Shown here piece by piece: positions 1-9,116 of a stretch of DNA of 32,669 nucleotides. The stretch covers positions 1-32,669 of the forward strand of contig BTVV01000066.1 in assembly GCA_045863855.1 (NCBI GenBank), read 5' to 3'. The number at the start of each line of letters is the position of its first letter. Within the stretch, counting starts at the first letter, position 1. Source of the stretch: Planctomycetota bacterium. GTDB lineage: Bacteria > Planctomycetota > SZUA-567 > H5-PLA8. Below the pieces are notes generated by a model that made no database searches, was not told where the DNA came from, and worked only from the letters and a program-made list of their open reading frames with translations. A program made the translations under genes and the position numbers.

Positions 1-485
1 GGCCCATCCGCCGCGTGCGGCTCCAGGCTTCGCTCCAAAGCGCGAAGGGCGATCCGGACCGTCCACCCGAGGGCTACACGCAGCATCCGCCGCGCGCGAA
101 ACTCGAAGCCGCGACCGTGCTGGAAGGCGCGTGGTCGACCGTCGACGAACGCATCGCGCCGCTGCACAAGGACGGCTGGCACTTCAGCCTCAACGGCGAG
201 TACACCGTCCCGTCGGCGGGGGGCGCGGAGGCCGTGTTCGTGCGCGTGAGTTCCGAGCTGCCGGGGTGGGAGGTGCGCGCGGGCTTGAGTTGTCTGCTCG
301 ACGACGCGCCCGCCGGCTTGCCGCCGCTGGAAGTCGTGCATCGCTGGACCGAAGCGAACGCGCAGCGTGAATACCGAGTCGAACTGCCCGCCGGCATCGT
401 GGCGCACGGCTACCGCGTGCCTACGGGCGCCGGACCGGTCGAAGACGTGGAAGTGGAGTGGCGGGTGGCGAGCGCGCGGGGTTAG
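1..485 (+). CDS. C-terminal part of a hypothetical protein (5' end outside the window)
   Basis: Frame is open from position 3 to TAG at 483-485 with host-like codon usage; no recognisable motif. Confidence 0.6.
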   Translation, partial: PIRRVRLQASLQSAKGDPDRPPEGYTQHPPRAKLEAATVLEGAWSTVDERIAPLHKDGWHFSLNGEYTVPSAGGAEAVFVRVSSELPGWEVRAGLSCLLDDAPAGLPPLEVVHRWTEANAQREYRVELPAGIVAHGYRVPTGAGPVEDVEVEWRVASARG

Positions 486-510
486 CGGCGCTTCGAATCT
501 GGCCATCGAC

Positions 511-969
511 TTACGTAGGGGGGCATGTCGCGCATCCGTGTTCCTGCTCCAAGCATGCCAAATGCCGGCGCATGTCTTCGAGCGTCGAAACGTTCGCCGG
601 ATCGTCCTCGCAATTGCGCGTTTCCCCCCGGGTCGGCAGCCAGATCCACCAGCGACTCGCGCCGGATTCCGCTGTCGTACAGGGCATACTTGTGCCGGCC
701 GGTCAGAGCCATGCGGCCATGGTTGCATTCTAGGTACAAAGCTTCGCGCCCTTCCGCCCACGCGCGAACGCCGCGCCGGGCAGGCCCGGATCGGGCGGCA
801 AGCAGACGGGGTTCGTGCAGTACGCGCGCTCGATGCGGCAGCCGATCGCGACGAGGCGGTCCATGGACGGCGTCCGGACAAACGGGTTGCCCGCGCAGCC
901 GAGCATCGTGGCGCTTTGCTGATCGGTCATGAGGTAGAGCAGACGGGGGCGCTTCGACAAGGTGGACAT
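511..969 (-). pseudogene. Sulfatase pseudogene (large internal deletion plus two frameshifts)
   Basis: N-terminal sulfatase sequence (RPRLLYLMTDQQ...VRTPSMDRL...RAYCTNPVCLP) joins directly to C-terminal sulfatase sequence (PGLPG/RGVRAWAEG...GRMALTGRHKY...LVDLAADPG/ETRN...), spread over three reading segments. TAA at 513-511. Confidence 0.8.
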
Positions 970-1074
970 ACGTTCGCGAGCCCCGCGGCATGAGGTGAAG
1001 GAAAAGCCGGCGATCAAACTTCATGACGAACTTCGTATGCATCGTCGCTTGTCATGCATGATCCCCATAAACGC

Positions 1075-2406
1075 TCATTCGCCCTGCAAGAGCGCCACCG
1101 CCTGACGGTGCATGGGCGGCGTGACGGGGCCGTCCAGGAGCGGATCGCTCGTCCGGCGCATGTGGCGGCCCAACCGGCCTTGCAACTCGCGCTGCACTTC
1201 GGCGAGAGCCGGATCGCCGAAGCGGTTCTTCCGTTCCCAGGGATCGCTTTCCAGATCGTAGAGTTCGGCCAAGGGCATGGACGCGGCGCCGGGATTCGGC
1301 GAGCCGCTGGGGTACGCGCGCGGGCGCCAAGTCTGTGACGGATCGTACACCGCCCGGCCGGGCGTGAAGTTCACGATCAGCTTGTACCGCTCGGTGCGCA
1401 CGCTGCGGATCGGCAGGTACGCGCCCAAGTACGTCTGCTCGGCGAAGACCTCCTCGCGCGGCGTGTAGCGCTCTCCGTCCAGCAGCGCGCGGAACGACCG
1501 GCCCTCCGCGTTCGACGGAACGGCGACGCCCAGCGCTTCCAGCCAGGTGGGGACGGCGTCCACGTTGCTGACCATCTCGCGGAGCACACGCCCGCCGTGC
1601 CAGCCGGCGCGCGAAGGCAGGCGCAGCATCAGCGCCGTCTGCAGGCCGGGTTCGTAGCAGGAGGCCTTGGCGCGCGGGAACGCAATGCCGTGGTCGGTGG
1701 TGAAGACGACCAGCGTGTTTGCGGCAAGGCCCAACGCATCCAGTCCCGCGAGCAGCCGCCCGAACTGCTCGTCCATGTGCCGGATCGCGCCTTGTAATTC
1801 GGCGAGTTCCTCGCGCGCCGACGGCGTATCCTGCAGGAACGGCGGCACCCAGACGCCGCGCTCGGAATCGGGCTGAAGGTGCTCGCCCAGAAAACCGATG
1901 CGGTCGGGATCGTCGCGCGTGGACTTCATGCGGTGCGGTTCGGCGGTACCGGCCTGCAAGTAGAACGGCCGCCCCGCGTTCTTGAATTCGCCGAGCATCC
2001 CCAACGCCGCGTCCACGACCTCGGCCGCTTTGTTGGGCTTGACGTAGCGTTCGAAGCCGCAGCGCTCCGGGCCCGAGCGCGTCTCGTGAACCACGCCCAC
2101 CGCGCCGGTGGCGTAACCGGCCGCTTGAAGATGCTGAGCGAGGTGGCGCTCGGACGGGAGTAGATCCCACTGGAAGTTCGCGTGGCAGAGCCCCATCACC
2201 CCGGTGCTGTGCGGATAGCGTCCGGTGAAGAGTGCGGCACGTGACGGACTGCAAATCGGCGACGTGCAGAAGCTGCGCGCGAAGCGTACTCCCTGCGCGG
2301 CGAAAGCGTCGAGGTTCGGCGAATGCACCGTTTCCACGCCGTAACAACCCAGATACTGGCCCAGATCGTGGCAGTGGAATACGAGAAGATTCAAGCGTTC
2401 GGACAT
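1075..2406 (-). CDS. Cys-type (FGly-dependent) sulfatase, N-sulfoglucosamine sulfohydrolase-like
   Basis: Motifs CSPSRAALFTG, HCHDLG, TTDHGIAFPRAK, ELYDLESDPWE. AAAGGA lies upstream of the ATG at 2406; 2412 is an alternative start. Confidence 0.93.
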   Translation of the reverse strand: MSERLNLLVFHCHDLGQYLGCYGVETVHSPNLDAFAAQGVRFARSFCTSPICSPSRAALFTGRYPHSTGVMGLCHANFQWDLLPSERHLAQHLQAAGYATGAVGVVHETRSGPERCGFERYVKPNKAAEVVDAALGMLGEFKNAGRPFYLQAGTAEPHRMKSTRDDPDRIGFLGEHLQPDSERGVWVPPFLQDTPSAREELAELQGAIRHMDEQFGRLLAGLDALGLAANTLVVFTTDHGIAFPRAKASCYEPGLQTALMLRLPSRAGWHGGRVLREMVSNVDAVPTWLEALGVAVPSNAEGRSFRALLDGERYTPREEVFAEQTYLGAYLPIRSVRTERYKLIVNFTPGRAVYDPSQTWRPRAYPSGSPNPGAASMPLAELYDLESDPWERKNRFGDPALAEVQRELQGRLGRHMRRTSDPLLDGPVTPPMHRQAVALLQGE

Positions 2407-2597
2407 GAGCATCCTTTCGATGGATGGTCTATGCCCGCACTATACCTCTTGCACTTCGTGAATCGGAAGTGGGTGGGCGCGAGTCCCCGAACTGATGCGA
2501 CCGGCACAACAATAGGAAGTTCAAACCTGATCGAGATTTGCGTGCGTTCATCCGCCGGATGCGGGCGATGAAAAGCACATTCGATGCAAGGATAGCA

Positions 2598-3071
2598 TTA
2601 ACTCAGTACGCGCGCGCCCGCCGCCACGCCACCGAAGACCCCGGCCAGCAGCATCGGCAGACAGCCCGCCGGCGGCTTAGGCATCGGAATCGGAAGCTGC
2701 AGCGCCGTGGGGTCGAAGGTCGAGCAGGAGACTTCGGCGATTTTGCGCTTCCCTTCCTCGAGCTTCGTCCAATGCAGCTCGACCTTCTCGGGCACCACGG
2801 GCGAACCGGCGGCCGTCTGACCCGGATAGCTGATCACCATCTCGTTGCCGGGCAGGCTGTGCTTCAACCCTTTGCGCGGCTGCGCATCTCCGGGCACCAC
2901 GAGCTGCAAATCCAGCTCGAGCGCCTTGGCAAGCGCGCTGGGCCATTCGAGGCCCAAAGGCTTCTTGAGCACCACGTCGAGCCGGCCCGTCTCGGGGCCC
3001 TTGGCGATCACGCGGCAGGTCACGAACTCCACGTCCGCCGTACCGCCCGTCCACCGGATGCTCGCCTTCAT
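2598..3071 (-). CDS. Hypothetical protein with a C-terminal hydrophobic tail
   Basis: GGAGG at 3086-3082 precedes ATG 3071. 157 aa ending in Pro-rich linker + GC + hydrophobic segment. Confidence 0.7.
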   Translation of the reverse strand: MKASIRWTGGTADVEFVTCRVIAKGPETGRLDVVLKKPLGLEWPSALAKALELDLQLVVPGDAQPRKGLKHSLPGNEMVISYPGQTAAGSPVVPEKVELHWTKLEEGKRKIAEVSCSTFDPTALQLPIPMPKPPAGCLPMLLAGVFGGVAAGARVLS

Positions 3072-3224
3072 CTTCGTTGCGCCTCCGCCGGCGGGCAACG
3101 TCCCGTGCGTCGTTTCGGCTTGTGCCGAACCGGGAGTGACCGCCGGATGTCCAAGTTGTCCGCCCCGTTGTAACGCCAATGCCCGCAGGATCAAGAACCG
3201 TGCGGAGCCGTCCGGAAAGGGGGC

Positions 3225-3253
3225 TTGCTTCCGCCCGAGGATTCGGCTATAAA
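3225..3253 (+). promoter_or_regulatory. Sigma70-type promoter of the LacI gene
   Basis: TTGCTT (3225-3230), 17 nt spacer, TATAAA (3248-3253). Confidence 0.65.
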
Positions 3254-3256
3254 CGC

Positions 3257-3276
3257 ATGCGCACTCGATTGAGCAT
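3257..3276. promoter_or_regulatory. Putative LacI-family operator
   Basis: ATGCGCACTCGATTGAGCAT is a 16/20 palindrome with central CG, sitting over the predicted transcription start of the LacI gene. Confidence 0.7.
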
Positions 3277-3300
3277 TAGTAAATAAGGGAATCGGAACGC

Positions 3301-4326
3301 ATGGCTCAGCGCATTCGCATGGCCGACATCGCTTCCAAGCTGGGCGTCAGCCGCACCACCGTCTCCCGCGTGCTCTCCGGAAAAGGCGTGGCCTTCCGCA
3401 TCGCGCCCGAAACCGCCGAACGCATTCTAAAGGAAGCCGAGAAAGTCGGCTACCAGCCCTCGCAACTGGCCCGCGGCCTGCGCACGGCCTTCTCGCGCAC
3501 GCTGGGCCTCCTCGTCAGCGACATCTCCAACCCCTTCTTCGCCAACATCGCCTGGGCCGCCGAGCAGGCCGCCGAACAACAAGGGTTCGCGGTGATCGTG
3601 GGCTCCAGCGGCGAAGACCTGAAACGCGAACGCGCGTACGTGAACAACCTGATCAGCCGCGGCGCCGACGGCTTGATCGTCGCGCCCGCCGGCCCCGATT
3701 ACGAACACCTGGCCGAATTGCAGCGCGACGGCTACCCCTTCGTCACGCTCGACCGCGTCTTCGAAGACCTCGACTGCGACTGGGTGGCTGTGGACAACCA
3801 AGGCGCCGCGCGCGGGCTGTGCGAAGCGCTGGCCGAGCACGGTTGCAAGCGCATTGCGTTTCTGGGCGGGCGCATGGAAACCAGCACCGCGCGGTTGCGC
3901 CTGGAAGGCTACCGCGCGGCCCTGCGCGGCGCGGGCATGTCCTTCGACCAGGCGCGGGTTCACCTGAGCGACTTCAGCGTCGAATCCGGCCGGCGCGGCG
4001 CCGAGCAGTTGCTCAAGCTGCCCGTCCCGCCCGACGGCATCTTCTGCGCGAACAACAAGATTCTCTTCGGTTGCCTCGACCGCCTGGCAAGCGCGCCCCA
4101 AGAGCCTTGGGCCGCGCTGCCCATCGCAAGCTTCGACGAAACCCCGTTCATGAAAGTGCTGGGCCGGACGCTCGTGGTCGCCGCGCAACCCGAACACAAG
4201 ATCGGCGCGCGCGCGGTCGAACTGCTCTTGAAGCGCATCCTTTCCGGACCGCCCGGCAGCCCGCGCATGAACAAGCCGTACACCCATGACCTGCTGCAGA
4301 CGGAACAGAAGAAGTTCGGTTTCTAA
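3301..4326 (+). CDS. LacI-family transcriptional regulator
   Basis: HTH (MADIASKLGVSRTTVSRVL), hinge ARGL, ISNPFF, and a periplasmic-binding-protein-like sugar domain. Confidence 0.95.
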   Translation: MAQRIRMADIASKLGVSRTTVSRVLSGKGVAFRIAPETAERILKEAEKVGYQPSQLARGLRTAFSRTLGLLVSDISNPFFANIAWAAEQAAEQQGFAVIVGSSGEDLKRERAYVNNLISRGADGLIVAPAGPDYEHLAELQRDGYPFVTLDRVFEDLDCDWVAVDNQGAARGLCEALAEHGCKRIAFLGGRMETSTARLRLEGYRAALRGAGMSFDQARVHLSDFSVESGRRGAEQLLKLPVPPDGIFCANNKILFGCLDRLASAPQEPWAALPIASFDETPFMKVLGRTLVVAAQPEHKIGARAVELLLKRILSGPPGSPRMNKPYTHDLLQTEQKKFGF

Positions 4327-4333
4327 CTCGATG

Positions 4334-4478
4334 CACCGCGGAGGCGCAAAGCACGCAGAGAACGTCGAGACCGGGTGAACGGCTACGAGTGCCTTTGCTG
4401 TAAAGGTATCGCGGGCGTCTCGCCCGCACGTCCTTTCCCGGTCCTGCCTTTCGCTGCGTCCTCCGCTCCTCAGCGGTG
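4334..4478. repeat. 29-bp imperfect inverted repeat enclosing a REP-like hairpin (MITE/REP-like element)
   Basis: Arms 4334-4362 and 4450-4478 are complementary at 23/29 positions. Internal hairpin GCGGGCG-tct-CGCCCGC at 4411-4427. Confidence 0.65.
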
Positions 4479-4505
4479 AAGCTTTTTTACGAAAGGGTCG
4501 CTTCC

Positions 4506-5930
4506 ATGGCCAAAATCGGCATCCTCAGCTTCTCGGACGGACGGGCCTTCGTGCACAAGAATCTCGTGCAGATGCTCAAGGGCTTCGAAGAGCGCCTGGT
4601 CAAGCGCCTGACCAAGGCCGGGCACGAAGTGGTCACCGCGAAGCAGGTCTGGACGAACGCGCTGGCGACGAGCGAGGCGAAGAAGCTCGCCAAGGCCGGC
4701 GTGGAGTGCACGATCTTCAATTACGCGGTCTGGTGCTTCCCGCACTTCACGGCGCTGGCCAGCCGCTTCGCGCCGGGGCCGATCCTGGCTTTCGGCTGCA
4801 TCAACCCCAAGTTCCCCGGCATGGTCGGACTGCTCGCGGGCGTCGGCGGCCTGAATCAGTTGGGCGTCCGCTACGACCGCGTCTTCGGCGAAATCGAGGA
4901 CGAGAAGGTCTTCGCGCAGGTCCAGGCCTTCGTCGCCGCGGCGCACTGCGCCAACTCGCTCAAGGGCCAGACCTACGGCCTCGTCGGCGGGCGGCCCATG
5001 GGCATGTACACGGCGGTGAGCAACACCGACCAGTGGATGAGCCAGTTCGGCGTGGACGTGGAGCACATCGACCAGTGGGAGATCGTACGCCGCGCTCCGA
5101 GCATCGACGCCAAGCAAGTGACGAAGGCGCGCAAGTGGCTCGAAAAGCACGTGGGCAAGATCGAATACGACGGCAAGCAGCTTACGCCGGAACTGCTCGA
5201 ACGGCAGATCCGCAGCACCGAGGTGATGAAGCAATTGATCCGCGAATGGAACCTCGATTTCAGCGGCATCAAGGCGCAGCCCGAACTGACCACGCATTGG
5301 TGCACGATGGACGTGACCGAGGCTTTCCTGAACGATCCTTACGATTGGGACGGCCCGCACGAGCCGCACGTCTGTTCGACCGAAGCGGACATGGACGCGG
5401 CGCTGACGATGCAGATCTTCAAGCTCCTGACCGAAGTGAAGGAGCGGCGCGCGACGCCGGTCCTCTTCGCCGACGTGCGGCATTACTTCGAAGCGGAAGG
5501 CGTCTTCGATCTGGTCAACAGCGGGCAGCATGCGACCTACTTCGCCAAACGCAGCTTCAAGCACACCGAGAATCTGCCGCACGTGCGCTTCCGGCCCGAA
5601 GGATTCTACTTCCCGGCGGGCGGCGCGAGCGTGATGCACCTGGCCGAGCCCGGCAAGCTCACCTTCGCGCGCCTCACGCGCCGCGACGGGAAGTATTGGA
5701 TGGCCATATTGCGCGGCGAATTCGTCCGCTTCGGCGAGAAGAAAGATTGGGAACTCGTCAACGCCGTGCAGGACAACTGGCCGCACGCCTTCGCCAAGTT
5801 CGACTGCCCGGCCGAGACTTTCCTGCAGACCTACGCCAGCAACCACATCCACGCGGTCTACGGCGATTACGTGGACGAACTGGTTAAGGTCTGCAAGCTG
5901 ACCAACGTGGAGCCGGTGGTGCTGAAGTGA
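4506..5930 (+). CDS. L-fucose/L-arabinose isomerase family protein (short FucI-like)
   Basis: SFSDGR, VWCFPH, PGMVGLLA, GGRPMGM, QPEL, STEAD, ADVRH, NSG, WPHAF, SNHIHAVYG match FucI-family motifs. 474 aa from ATG 4506. Confidence 0.88.
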   Translation: MAKIGILSFSDGRAFVHKNLVQMLKGFEERLVKRLTKAGHEVVTAKQVWTNALATSEAKKLAKAGVECTIFNYAVWCFPHFTALASRFAPGPILAFGCINPKFPGMVGLLAGVGGLNQLGVRYDRVFGEIEDEKVFAQVQAFVAAAHCANSLKGQTYGLVGGRPMGMYTAVSNTDQWMSQFGVDVEHIDQWEIVRRAPSIDAKQVTKARKWLEKHVGKIEYDGKQLTPELLERQIRSTEVMKQLIREWNLDFSGIKAQPELTTHWCTMDVTEAFLNDPYDWDGPHEPHVCSTEADMDAALTMQIFKLLTEVKERRATPVLFADVRHYFEAEGVFDLVNSGQHATYFAKRSFKHTENLPHVRFRPEGFYFPAGGASVMHLAEPGKLTFARLTRRDGKYWMAILRGEFVRFGEKKDWELVNAVQDNWPHAFAKFDCPAETFLQTYASNHIHAVYGDYVDELVKVCKLTNVEPVVLK

Positions 5931-6016
5931 GCTGCGGTTGGGTTTGCTTAAGCAAAGCCGTTCGGACCCGGTAGTATTTCAGCGCTCTCAGCGGTGAGAT
6001 TGAACCGGGGATCGAC

Positions 6017-7015
6017 ATGCCTACGTCACACGGACGCGTCATCGTCGTCGGCAGCACCAACACCGATCTGGTCGTGCATTGCGAGGCGCTCCCCGAAGGC
6101 GGCGAGACCGTCCTCGGTGGCGATTTGCTTACCTTTGCCGGAGGCAAAGGCGCGAACCAGGCGGTCGCGGCGGCGCGCGCGGGCGCGAAGGTCCATTTCA
6201 TCGGCGCGTTCGGCGACGACGCCTTCGGTCGCGCGCGGCGCGCGGACCTCGAGAAGGAAGGCGTCGACTGCTCGGGCTGTGTGACCAAGAAGGGCGTCCC
6301 CAGCGGCGTGGCCCTGATCGCCATCGGATCGGGAGGCAAGGGCAAGCGAAAAGCGAAAGCCGAGAACCAGATCGTCGTCGCGCCCGGCGCGAACATGCGC
6401 CTGACGCCTGCCGACGTGAAGCGCGGCTTGCCCAAAAACCTGACCATCCAGGACGCGCTTGTCTGTTCCTTGGAAGTGCCCTTCGACGCGATCGCCGTGG
6501 CGCTTGCCGCCGCCCGCACCGCGCATTGTTCCACCATTCTCAACCCGGCGCCCATGCCGCCGAAGGGCTTGCCCGATGCGCTGCTGCGCCACCCGCATTT
6601 CCTGACGCCCAACGAATCCGAATGCGCCGGCATCCTGGGCCTCCCGCACGGTTCGCCGGCGATCCCCACGCGCGGTCCGGCCAAATTGAAAAGCATCGCG
6701 CAACGCTTCCAAACCTTGGGCTACCCCATGCTGCTGATCACCTGCGGAGCCCGGGGCGTCGATCTCTGCGACGGCGACCACTACGCGAAGAATTTTTCGC
6801 GCGCGCCCAAAGTCCAAGCGGTGGATACCGTCGGCGCCGGCGACTGCTTCAACGGCTGCCTGGCCGCGCATCTCTCGTTCGACGACCATGCGGACGTCAA
6901 TCGAGCCGTCGATTTCGCGGTTGCCGCCGCCGCCCTGAAAGTCACGCGCCACGGCGCGCAAGCCGGCATGCCGCGGCGCGCCGAAATCCTGCGCATGCTC
7001 AAACGGATGAAGTAG
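6017..7015 (+). CDS. rbsK: Ribokinase (PfkB family)
   Basis: GSTNTDL, GGKGANQAVAAAR, LNPAP, TPNESE, DTVGAGDCF. Confidence 0.88.
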   Translation: MPTSHGRVIVVGSTNTDLVVHCEALPEGGETVLGGDLLTFAGGKGANQAVAAARAGAKVHFIGAFGDDAFGRARRADLEKEGVDCSGCVTKKGVPSGVALIAIGSGGKGKRKAKAENQIVVAPGANMRLTPADVKRGLPKNLTIQDALVCSLEVPFDAIAVALAAARTAHCSTILNPAPMPPKGLPDALLRHPHFLTPNESECAGILGLPHGSPAIPTRGPAKLKSIAQRFQTLGYPMLLITCGARGVDLCDGDHYAKNFSRAPKVQAVDTVGAGDCFNGCLAAHLSFDDHADVNRAVDFAVAAAALKVTRHGAQAGMPRRAEILRMLKRMK

Positions 7016-7032
7016 GCCCCGCCGCCCGTACC

Positions 7033-7067
7033 ATGCAATTCCGCTCTGCTCCGGTTACGCTCTCGCC
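7033..7067 (+). promoter_or_regulatory. Putative leaderless promoter of the ABC exporter gene
   Basis: ATGCAA, 17 nt, TACGCT (7056-7061), 6 nt, ATG (7068); no SD sequence. Confidence 0.45.
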
Positions 7068-8993
7068 ATGGCTCGTGCGTTCAACGTCATGCCCATGACC
7101 CGCGAAGGCACCCCGCGTTCCGAGCGCGGCGCGCTGGGCGATCCGCCGCCGCGCAAGGCCACGCTCCAATCGGCCTGGCGCGAAGCGCGCGAATTGATCT
7201 GGGCGCACCGCCGCCGCATGGCCCTGGGCATGTTGATGATGGTCGCCAGCCGCCTCTGCGGGCTGGTCCTGCCGGCCTCGTCCAAGTTTCTGATCGACGA
7301 AGTAGTAGGAAAGAACCGCCACGAACTCCTGCTGCCGCTCGCCCTTGCCGTCGCCGCGGCGGCGCTGATGGATGCGGCCTGCGGCCTCGTACTGGCGCGC
7401 GTCCTGGGCCTCGCCGCGCAGCGCGCGATCACCGACATGCGCAAACGCATCCAGGAGCACATCGTCCGCCTCCCGATCCACTACTTCGATTCCACGCAGA
7501 CCGGCGTCCTGATCTCGCGCATCATGACCGACGCCGAAGGCATCCGGAACCTCGTCGGCACGGGGCTCGTCCAGCTTGTCGGCGGGCTCTTCACCGCCGT
7601 CCTGGCGCTGGCCGTGCTGATGTACCTCAATTGGCAGCTCACGCTCATCACCTTGGCCATCCTGATCCTTTTCGGCGGCGTGATGGCCGTGGGCTTCACG
7701 CGGCTGCGCCCGCTCTTCCGCGAACGCGGCAAAATCCAGGCCGAACTCACCGGCCGTTTGGGCGAATCCCTCAGCGGCGCGCGCGTCGTCAAGGCCTACA
7801 CCGCCGAAGGGCGCGAACGCCTCGTCTTCGCCCAAGGCGCGCACCGCCTCTTCCGCAACGTGGCCATGGCCGTCACCGGCATCTCGGCCATCCAAGGCTT
7901 CGCGACGCTGGTCATCGGCGTCATCGGCGGCGTACTGATTTACTTCGGCGGCGGCGCCGTGGCCGCCGGAACCATGACCCTCGGCGATTTCATCGCCTAC
8001 ATCTTCTTCACCGGCTTGATGGCCATACCGATCATCAACATCGCCAACGTGGGCACGCAAATCAGCGAAGCCTTCGCCGGGCTCGACCGCATCCGCGAGG
8101 TCCTCGCCATGGCCCGCGAGAACGAAGGCGACGCCCTACGCGCCGAGGTGCCCGGCGTGCGCGGCGACGTGGACTTCGAGGACGTTTGGTTCGAGTACGA
8201 GCCCGGCGTGCCGGTCCTTAAAGGAGTGAGTTTTCATGCGCCCGCCGGAAGCACCACCGCGCTGGTGGGCAGCAGCGGGAGCGGCAAGAGCACCTTGATC
8301 GGCCTCGTCATGGCCTTCCATCGGCCCACGAAAGGCGCCGTGCGCGTCGACGGCCGTGACCTGGCGGGCCTGCGCCTGCGCGAATTCCGCCGCCACCTCG
8401 GCGTCGTGCTGCAGGAAAACTTCCTCTTCGACGGCACCATCGGCGAGAACATCCGCTTCAGCCGACCGCGCGCCAGCGATGCCGAAATGGAACGCGCCAG
8501 CAAGCTCGCGCACTGCCACGAATTCATCTCGCGCTTCGAGAAGGGCTACGAGACACTCGTCGGCGAACGCGGCGTAAAGCTCAGCGGCGGCCAGCGCCAG
8601 CGCGTCGCCATCGCCCGCGCGCTCCTGGCCGAACCGCGCCTCCTGATCCTCGACGAAGCAACCAGCCACCTCGACAGCGAAAGCGAAGGCCAGATCCAGG
8701 CCGGCCTCGCCGCTCTGCGCGCCGGGCGCACCACCTTCGTCATCGCCCACCGCCTCTCGACAATCCGCAGCGCCGATCAGATTCTGGTCCTCGAAGCCGG
8801 GCAGATCGTCGAACGCGGGACGCACGCCGAACTCCTCGCCCTCAACGGACGCTACCGCGTGCTCTACGAACAACAGCACGCCGTCGCGAGCAACACGTTC
8901 ATTAATCCAGGCGAAGAGTTCCCCGGCGAAGCCGAAAAGACCGCCGCCGTACGCGCCGACGCGTCCCCCCGCCCTGCCGGTCGCGATTTGTAA
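7068..8993 (+). CDS. ABC exporter, fused permease/ATP-binding protein (MsbA/multidrug-like)
   Basis: N-terminal TM domain; Walker A GSSGSGKST, signature LSGGQRQR, Walker B LILDEATS, H-loop IAHRLST. Confidence 0.95.
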   Translation: MARAFNVMPMTREGTPRSERGALGDPPPRKATLQSAWREARELIWAHRRRMALGMLMMVASRLCGLVLPASSKFLIDEVVGKNRHELLLPLALAVAAAALMDAACGLVLARVLGLAAQRAITDMRKRIQEHIVRLPIHYFDSTQTGVLISRIMTDAEGIRNLVGTGLVQLVGGLFTAVLALAVLMYLNWQLTLITLAILILFGGVMAVGFTRLRPLFRERGKIQAELTGRLGESLSGARVVKAYTAEGRERLVFAQGAHRLFRNVAMAVTGISAIQGFATLVIGVIGGVLIYFGGGAVAAGTMTLGDFIAYIFFTGLMAIPIINIANVGTQISEAFAGLDRIREVLAMARENEGDALRAEVPGVRGDVDFEDVWFEYEPGVPVLKGVSFHAPAGSTTALVGSSGSGKSTLIGLVMAFHRPTKGAVRVDGRDLAGLRLREFRRHLGVVLQENFLFDGTIGENIRFSRPRASDAEMERASKLAHCHEFISRFEKGYETLVGERGVKLSGGQRQRVAIARALLAEPRLLILDEATSHLDSESEGQIQAGLAALRAGRTTFVIAHRLSTIRSADQILVLEAGQIVERGTHAELLALNGRYRVLYEQQHAVASNTFINPGEEFPGEAEKTAAVRADASPRPAGRDL

Positions 8994-9116
8994 ACCCTTA
9001 TAATAAAACAAGTAACGGGTCTATTGGGCAATTCCTAAGGCCATGTTTGCATCCCGGCCATGGGAATCTCGAAGCACCGTCTCGCGCGCGGGCAGTCCGA
9101 TTATTAGAATAGCGGC

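Noticed and set aside
482..1042. Intact 186-aa or 95-aa proteins
   Set aside because: Both ORFs are pieces of the frameshifted sulfatase remnant.
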